A DNA stretch of 40,667 nucleotides from a virus (taxonomy: Duplodnaviria; Caudoviricetes), in IMG/VR virus record IMGVR_UViG_3300023218_000085, positions 1 through 40,667 of that record, one strand, 5' to 3'. The notes under the pieces are model-generated. The model had not been told where the DNA came from, did no database searches, and saw only the letters and a list, made by a program, of their open reading frames with translations. Positions 36,088-40,667 of the stretch are shown here, in pieces (within the stretch, counting starts at the first letter, position 1; each line of letters starts with the position of its first letter). A program made the position numbers and the translations under genes.

Positions 36088-37427
36088 CCATGACCTACCT
36101 CGTAACCCCCGCCGTTCGCCGCGTGACGTTTCTGGCGACCTTCCAGACGCCCGTATCGCACCACGACCCCGGCACGGCTGGCCGTGCCAATGTGACCACG
36201 TTCCAGCGCCGCAAGATGGTTGTGGGCCGCCCCGCTACGGCGGCCCCCGCCCCGGAGCGCGTCGCGCAGATCGTGAACGCATTCCCCGTGCCGGGTGATT
36301 TGGCAAATGTGTTTGCCGAGTTGAGCGTCGCTGAGTTCCTGGCCGCCGCGACGTTAGCGAAGTACATCCTGGCTCACAACGGCCAGGGCCTCATGGACGG
36401 CAAAAATCGCTATGACGTGCTGCAATCCCGCGCTGAGTTTCACGCGACCCGCGCCGCGTCCATGTTCGCATTTTGGGGCGGCATGGTACGCGATCTGCAA
36501 GGCACCACGCCCAATCAGGCTAACACCAACCTCTCTCCTTTGCTGGGGATGCCATCACCACTCGCGCAACTGGTGTTTGTCCAGTTAATTGAAAACGCTG
36601 CGTCTGCCGTCATGCTGGCCCGTCTTTGGTCTGACGCCCAACGCGCCGACGCCGACCTCATGCCTATCACACTAGTAGACACAAGCATCAACACCGATAG
36701 CAGTGTGACGCTCCAGGTCCCCGCCTTCAGCGCCAATAGCGCCCGTCACGAGGTCGTCCGCGAACCCGGTGCGTTGCACCTACTCAACATGCTGGGCCTA
36801 CGCTATGACGATCTCCCCGACGGCGTGGCGGCCATGTTGTACAACGGTGGAGACCTGAATCGCGCAGCGCCCGACAATGCCTTCGCTCTCACCCGGCAGA
36901 TTCGTGAGGCCTACCCTTTACTGTCACTCGTTGGTGGCAGTACGTCCGGCTTTATTCTTGGCGCGTCTAACCTGGAGGTGTCCGCGTGGCTCAACACCAC
37001 CGAATACGCATCGGCGCTATCGCAGTTCAACTTGACGCCAGAGGTGAGTGCTTTTGATGTGCTAGACCAGGACACGCACACACGCCACACCGCCAAGCGC
37101 GTTGAAGGCTCCCCGATGCCTGTGACGTTCGAAACCTTGTGCGCAGGCGTGGGGGTTGTGGTGGACCTCCGCCTGCGGCCATACGCAACGGACCTTGAAA
37201 TCGGCGCACTTGCGGCGGCGGTGGACACGTTCTTCGCCGCCGACAGCACACTCGGCGGTCAGTCTGCACGTGGCTACGGCCTGACGATCAACGAAATGCT
37301 GGTGGAGCCGTCACACGACATGGCAGCCATGCGCGCCGGCTACGAGCAGTATCTCGCAGACAACCGCGATAGCCTGCGCGACGGCCTGCTGTCTGGCAAC
37401 CTCACCACCGACAAGGAGCTGTTTTGA
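36084..37427 (+). CDS. csf2: Type IV Cas7-like backbone (Csf2) with an internal Cas11/Csf4-like helical insertion
   Basis: ATFQTPVSH, FQRRKMV, VPAFSANSARH, LYNGGDL, YPLLSLVGG, MPVTFETL, G-loop LGGQSARGYG; insert of about 155 aa. Confidence 0.85.
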   Translation: MTMTYLVTPAVRRVTFLATFQTPVSHHDPGTAGRANVTTFQRRKMVVGRPATAAPAPERVAQIVNAFPVPGDLANVFAELSVAEFLAAATLAKYILAHNGQGLMDGKNRYDVLQSRAEFHATRAASMFAFWGGMVRDLQGTTPNQANTNLSPLLGMPSPLAQLVFVQLIENAASAVMLARLWSDAQRADADLMPITLVDTSINTDSSVTLQVPAFSANSARHEVVREPGALHLLNMLGLRYDDLPDGVAAMLYNGGDLNRAAPDNAFALTRQIREAYPLLSLVGGSTSGFILGASNLEVSAWLNTTEYASALSQFNLTPEVSAFDVLDQDTHTRHTAKRVEGSPMPVTFETLCAGVGVVVDLRLRPYATDLEIGALAAAVDTFFAADSTLGGQSARGYGLTINEMLVEPSHDMAAMRAGYEQYLADNRDSLRDGLLSGNLTTDKELF

Positions 37428-38119
37428 TGTTTGAGGCATATGCCGAGCGCGTGGCGGGGTTAGAGATGACCCCGCTGCGTGTGGAGGTGGACCTGGCCGA
37501 CAGCGTGGTGACGTATGATGGCCTGCATTTTGACGCCATCCTGTCCTACGCAGTTGTGGAGGAGGTGACGCGGGGAGCTATGCTGCCGCCGCAGTCGCCG
37601 TACATCGAAATACCGTTACCGCTAGCGGTGCTGTGGCGCAACCGGAACAACGTGCCGCTGTACGCCAGTACCGATCTCATGCCAAGTGGCTCATCCGTGT
37701 CCGCCGTGCGCTACTGGCACAAGCGTGGCCTGGAGCCAGATATGTCTCACAGGTCTATTCGTCTCGGCAAAGGGAAGCACAAAGAGCGCCGTGTTCCTAT
37801 GCCAACCATCAACGCACAGACCCTCGCGGCGGATGTGATGGGCAACGCGGAGGAAATCGCACGGTTGCTAAATGCCATTAGTACCATTGGCAAAAAGCGC
37901 AATAGTGCCGGGGCCGTCTTGCGCTGGCGTATCTATGAAATAACCCGTTTTCAGCTAGTTGACAACGCGGGGGTAGCACGCAGGCCCATTCCTGCTATGT
38001 ACTACCTAGAGCGAGGCAATGTTTTGACCTTAGGCGGGGGGCAACATATTGCATTCTCACCTCCCTACTGGCATCCAGCAACACGCGATATGTGTATCCC
38101 GACAGGGGTGTCAGTATGA
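37424..38119 (+). CDS. csf3: Type IV Cas5-like RAMP (Csf3)
   Basis: PLRVEVDL...LHFDAILSYA, IPLPL, YWHKR, IGKKRNSAG, RRPIP, PPYWH. Confidence 0.85.
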   Translation: MMFEAYAERVAGLEMTPLRVEVDLADSVVTYDGLHFDAILSYAVVEEVTRGAMLPPQSPYIEIPLPLAVLWRNRNNVPLYASTDLMPSGSSVSAVRYWHKRGLEPDMSHRSIRLGKGKHKERRVPMPTINAQTLAADVMGNAEEIARLLNAISTIGKKRNSAGAVLRWRIYEITRFQLVDNAGVARRPIPAMYYLERGNVLTLGGGQHIAFSPPYWHPATRDMCIPTGVSV

Positions 38120-38269
38120 AGGCGCATCAACGTATCATCCGCGAGCGCCTGTCTAAAGTGGAGCCAGCACCACCCTTCCCGACGCCGGCGAGATTGGTAC
38201 GCTCTACCAAGCCATCAAATCGAATCCATGCGTGAGTCGTACCCCAAGTGTGAGCAAGCGTTGTCATGA
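38116..38269 (+). pseudogene. Possible gene remnant between csf3 and the TGT-like gene
   Basis: ATG at 38116 overlaps the csf3 stop (39-aa ORF to 38235); a different frame ends at TGA 38267-38269, overlapping the next ATG. Confidence 0.35.
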
Positions 38270-38958
38270 TCTACGTTCTTGCCCATACCCCACACGCTGA
38301 ACCCTGGATTACCACCCGGCCCCGACTGTACGCCTATCCCAAAGTGCCGGACGTGTCCGGCGACGCGCTTGTTCTGCTCGACAGCGGCGCGTTCGGTCTC
38401 TCACTGCGCGGCCAACGCATAAATGATACACACATGGTCAAGTTGGCAGATCACTACCGCCAACACACAGGCGGGCACGTTATTCCCATTGCGCCTGACG
38501 AGTTCCTGAACCCGTCACGGTCCATGTCAAACTTTGAACACTGGCATGAGCACCACGCCATTCCGGTTGCGCCCGTGATCCAAATGCGACACGAGCGTCA
38601 CTTTGACGCCATGAGCGCGCAGCGCCAGTTGGCTTTTTACAAGACATACCCACTGCCGCTGTTCGCAGGTCGCCCGGTGATGTGCTTTAGTAACGCCGCG
38701 TGGCGTGCAATTGAGTTCGAGCGCCACGCCTCCGGCCTCCGGCTGGCTCTGCGGATGCACTTCCCGGCTGGCGTCTGGCTCCACAATCTAGGCGCGGGCT
38801 GGGACCTACACGACATCCGGGCGTGGGCCGCGCTGGACATCTTTAGCAGTATCGACAGCATTGCCTGGTACACTGACGCCGACGCGGGCAAAGCCTGGGG
38901 GCCGGGCGATGACATCTACCGCGCCAACGCTGACGCCGCGCAGAACCGAAAATCGTAA
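38266..38958 (+). CDS. tRNA-guanine transglycosylase-fold (TGT/DpdA-like) protein
   Basis: LLDSGAF, APDE..NP..S..N, PVIQ, HNLG and SIDS..W occur in the order expected for TGT-like TIM barrels. Confidence 0.75.
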   Translation: MIYVLAHTPHAEPWITTRPRLYAYPKVPDVSGDALVLLDSGAFGLSLRGQRINDTHMVKLADHYRQHTGGHVIPIAPDEFLNPSRSMSNFEHWHEHHAIPVAPVIQMRHERHFDAMSAQRQLAFYKTYPLPLFAGRPVMCFSNAAWRAIEFERHASGLRLALRMHFPAGVWLHNLGAGWDLHDIRAWAALDIFSSIDSIAWYTDADAGKAWGPGDDIYRANADAAQNRKS

Positions 38959-39074
38959 ACGCACAGTGGCCCCGGTGGGCACAATCCACCTTGCTGGCCG
39001 AGTTGGGGCGCGAACCGGCCCGGCCCGGCCCTGGGCAGCTGTCACTACCCTTAGACGAATAGGAGGCCCGCACC

Positions 39075-39542
39075 ATGACACCCGACACCCTTCGCCAGCA
39101 CCTCATCAACCGCAGCGCCCTGCGGCCCAACGACATCGGCTATCGTTATCGGCTGGCTGTCGCGCTCACCTCAGCAGTGGACTACCACCGCCTGGAGGCG
39201 TACCTCAAAGCGGTTGACGCGCTCGTCTGCGCCGGTCGCAATCTAGACGGCCACACGTGGACCAGCGGTGATGAGCGCGCCCTCGCGGACGCCCGTGCAG
39301 GCGCGAAAGACGCCACCCGCCGCCGGGAGGCGCTACACGCCAAGCACCGCCTGGAAGCGCAGCGCGAGGCATGCATGGCCGCCCGCACGAAATTTCGCGG
39401 CGCGCTGGCAAACCTTGCGTTTCACCGCGACCGCATGAGCGCCGAGCACCTCGCGGTTGGCCGCGCGGTGCTCGAAAGCGAGGACCATTGGCCCGCGTCA
39501 TCCACCCTAATCGCACGCCTACAGAGTGCGCTAGGTATTTGA
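39075..39542 (+). CDS. Hypothetical protein
   Basis: AGGAGG RBS; helical, 155 aa. Confidence 0.65.
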   Translation: MTPDTLRQHLINRSALRPNDIGYRYRLAVALTSAVDYHRLEAYLKAVDALVCAGRNLDGHTWTSGDERALADARAGAKDATRRREALHAKHRLEAQREACMAARTKFRGALANLAFHRDRMSAEHLAVGRAVLESEDHWPASSTLIARLQSALGI

Positions 39543-39554
39543 CCAGCAAGACCG

Positions 39555-40049
39555 CTAGCTGACGTCGCGCATCGCGCGGATTTCGCTACGCGAGAGCGTC
39601 CACGTGCGCTCATCAACCTTCTCAGCCGACAGAAACCGCCCGTCGTTGCACCAACGACGGACCAGAGCCGTCCTCGCATGGCCGAACATCTCGGCGGCGA
39701 CCTCGGTGCTAACCCGGTCGCCAATCGGCTCCATCGTGGCCATCGCTAGCAGCAACGCTAGCGTGGTGACGTCGCGGTTGTCGATGACACCGATGAGCCA
39801 CGTTAGGTCCGACTGGCTGTATGCCAGTCGCGTGTGCTGAGTGATGCTCGCTAGCAGCGCGCAAAAATCTTGCGTGAGTTGTTCAGCTTGCGATGGCCCT
39901 ATCGCAAGCGGCTTACTCCACAGCACGCTGTTAATGCGTTGCCACGCGGCGTAGTCGAGCGGCAGCGTGGAGGCCGCCGGGTTGTTGACGGTGTGCCGCA
40001 ACAGCGCGGCAATGGTCTTTGCGTGCGGGTTGTCAAATGGTACGTTCAT
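39555..40049 (-). CDS. DNA-binding protein with C-terminal excisionase/MerR-like HTH
   Basis: VSTEVAAEMFG...VRRWCNDGRF.SAEKV..TWTLSRSEI; AAGGAG RBS. Confidence 0.75.
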   Translation of the reverse strand: MNVPFDNPHAKTIAALLRHTVNNPAASTLPLDYAAWQRINSVLWSKPLAIGPSQAEQLTQDFCALLASITQHTRLAYSQSDLTWLIGVIDNRDVTTLALLLAMATMEPIGDRVSTEVAAEMFGHARTALVRRWCNDGRFLSAEKVDERTWTLSRSEIRAMRDVS

Positions 40050-40081
40050 CTTATATAATCTCCTTTTACTTGACTATGTAC

Positions 40082-40113
40082 GCGCCCCGGTTGCCTTGCG
40101 GCAACCGGGGCGC
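40082..40113. terminator. Hairpin downstream of pentapeptide copy A
   Basis: GCGCCCCGGTTGCC-ttgc-GGCAACCGGGGCGC, 14-bp stem. Confidence 0.55.
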
Positions 40114-40120
40114 TGTGCGT

Positions 40121-40667
40121 TTACGCATCGATGTCGAAGGGTAACGACTCCTCCTCGTGCAGCCACGTTCGCATTGTCGCGAACGTCCACTCGATCAGCG
40201 TCGTGCCGTCGTCCAGCACGGCGTTCGCTAACGCGTCCGGCGCGTTGGCGACAAGCTCCTGCCAGCACCAGCCCCGCGCGGCGAGGATGTAGCCGGAGGC
40301 TAGCAACCTGAGCGAGTCGCCTCCTGCCGCTTGGTGCAGCCGCTCCGCAATCAGTTGGTGTGATTGCCAGTTCATGCGGACCCCGCGCAGGCTCGCCCGG
40401 TCGAGCGTCGCCCGGTTGAGCGTCGCGTCGGTGAGGGTCGCCTCGGTGAGGTCCGCGCCGACGAGGGTCGCGTCGGTGAGTGTCGCGCTGGTGAGGGTCG
40501 CGCTGGTGAGGGTCGCCAGGTAGAGGTTCGCGCCGACGAGGTTCGCTCCGTCGAGCGTCGCCCCGTCGAGCGTCGCCCGGTAGAGGGTCGCCCGGTAGAG
40601 GGTCGCCCGGTAGAGGGTCGCCTCGGTGAGGTTCGCCCCGTCGAGGGTCGCCCGGTTGAGGTTCGCC
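40121..40667 (-). CDS. Pentapeptide-repeat protein, copy A, C-terminal part
   Basis: 15-bp repeats then ...GVRMNWQSHQLIAERLHQAAG...MRTWLHEEESLPFDIDA, homologous to the copy B C-terminus. Confidence 0.88.
   Translation of the reverse strand, partial: ANLNRATLDGANLTEATLYRATLYRATLYRATLDGATLDGANLVGANLYLATLTSATLTSATLTDATLVGADLTEATLTDATLNRATLDRASLRGVRMNWQSHQLIAERLHQAAGGDSLRLLASGYILAARGWCWQELVANAPDALANAVLDDGTTLIEWTFATMRTWLHEEESLPFDIDA

Noticed and set aside
39016-39031. GGCCC x3 as a short-period guide repeat near the csf operon
   Set aside because: Only three units in GC-rich DNA; compatible with chance.

Overview
The window looks like a complete circular tailed-phage genome of about 40.6 kb: the last 76 nt repeat the first 76 nt. 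A DnaA-N-like domain on the replication initiator suggests a Chloroflexota (Anaerolineae-like) host, but this is inference only. The leftward arm carries two pentapeptide-repeat paralogs with duplicated promoters, a truncated C5 DNA methyltransferase, an HTH/DnaA-N initiator with internal iterons, and parA-parB. A decayed tyrosine integrase sits beside a tRNA-3'-end attP, followed by an XRE repressor switch containing a 54-bp duplication around a 43-bp palindrome. Rightward come early genes including a Rad52/Sak recombinase, a structured non-coding leader with a tRNA-Ala-like minihelix, and a siphovirus morphogenesis operon with two glycosyltransferases right after the capsid gene and no recognisable endolysin. 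The most notable locus is 35398-38958, an array-less type IV-B-like CRISPR effector operon (csf1, csf2, csf3). Its Cas11/Csf4-like small subunit appears inserted inside Cas7/Csf2, the usual CysH-like gene is absent or reduced to a remnant, and a TGT/DpdA-like base-exchange enzyme follows. All protein calls come from motifs and synteny read by eye; no database searches were run.
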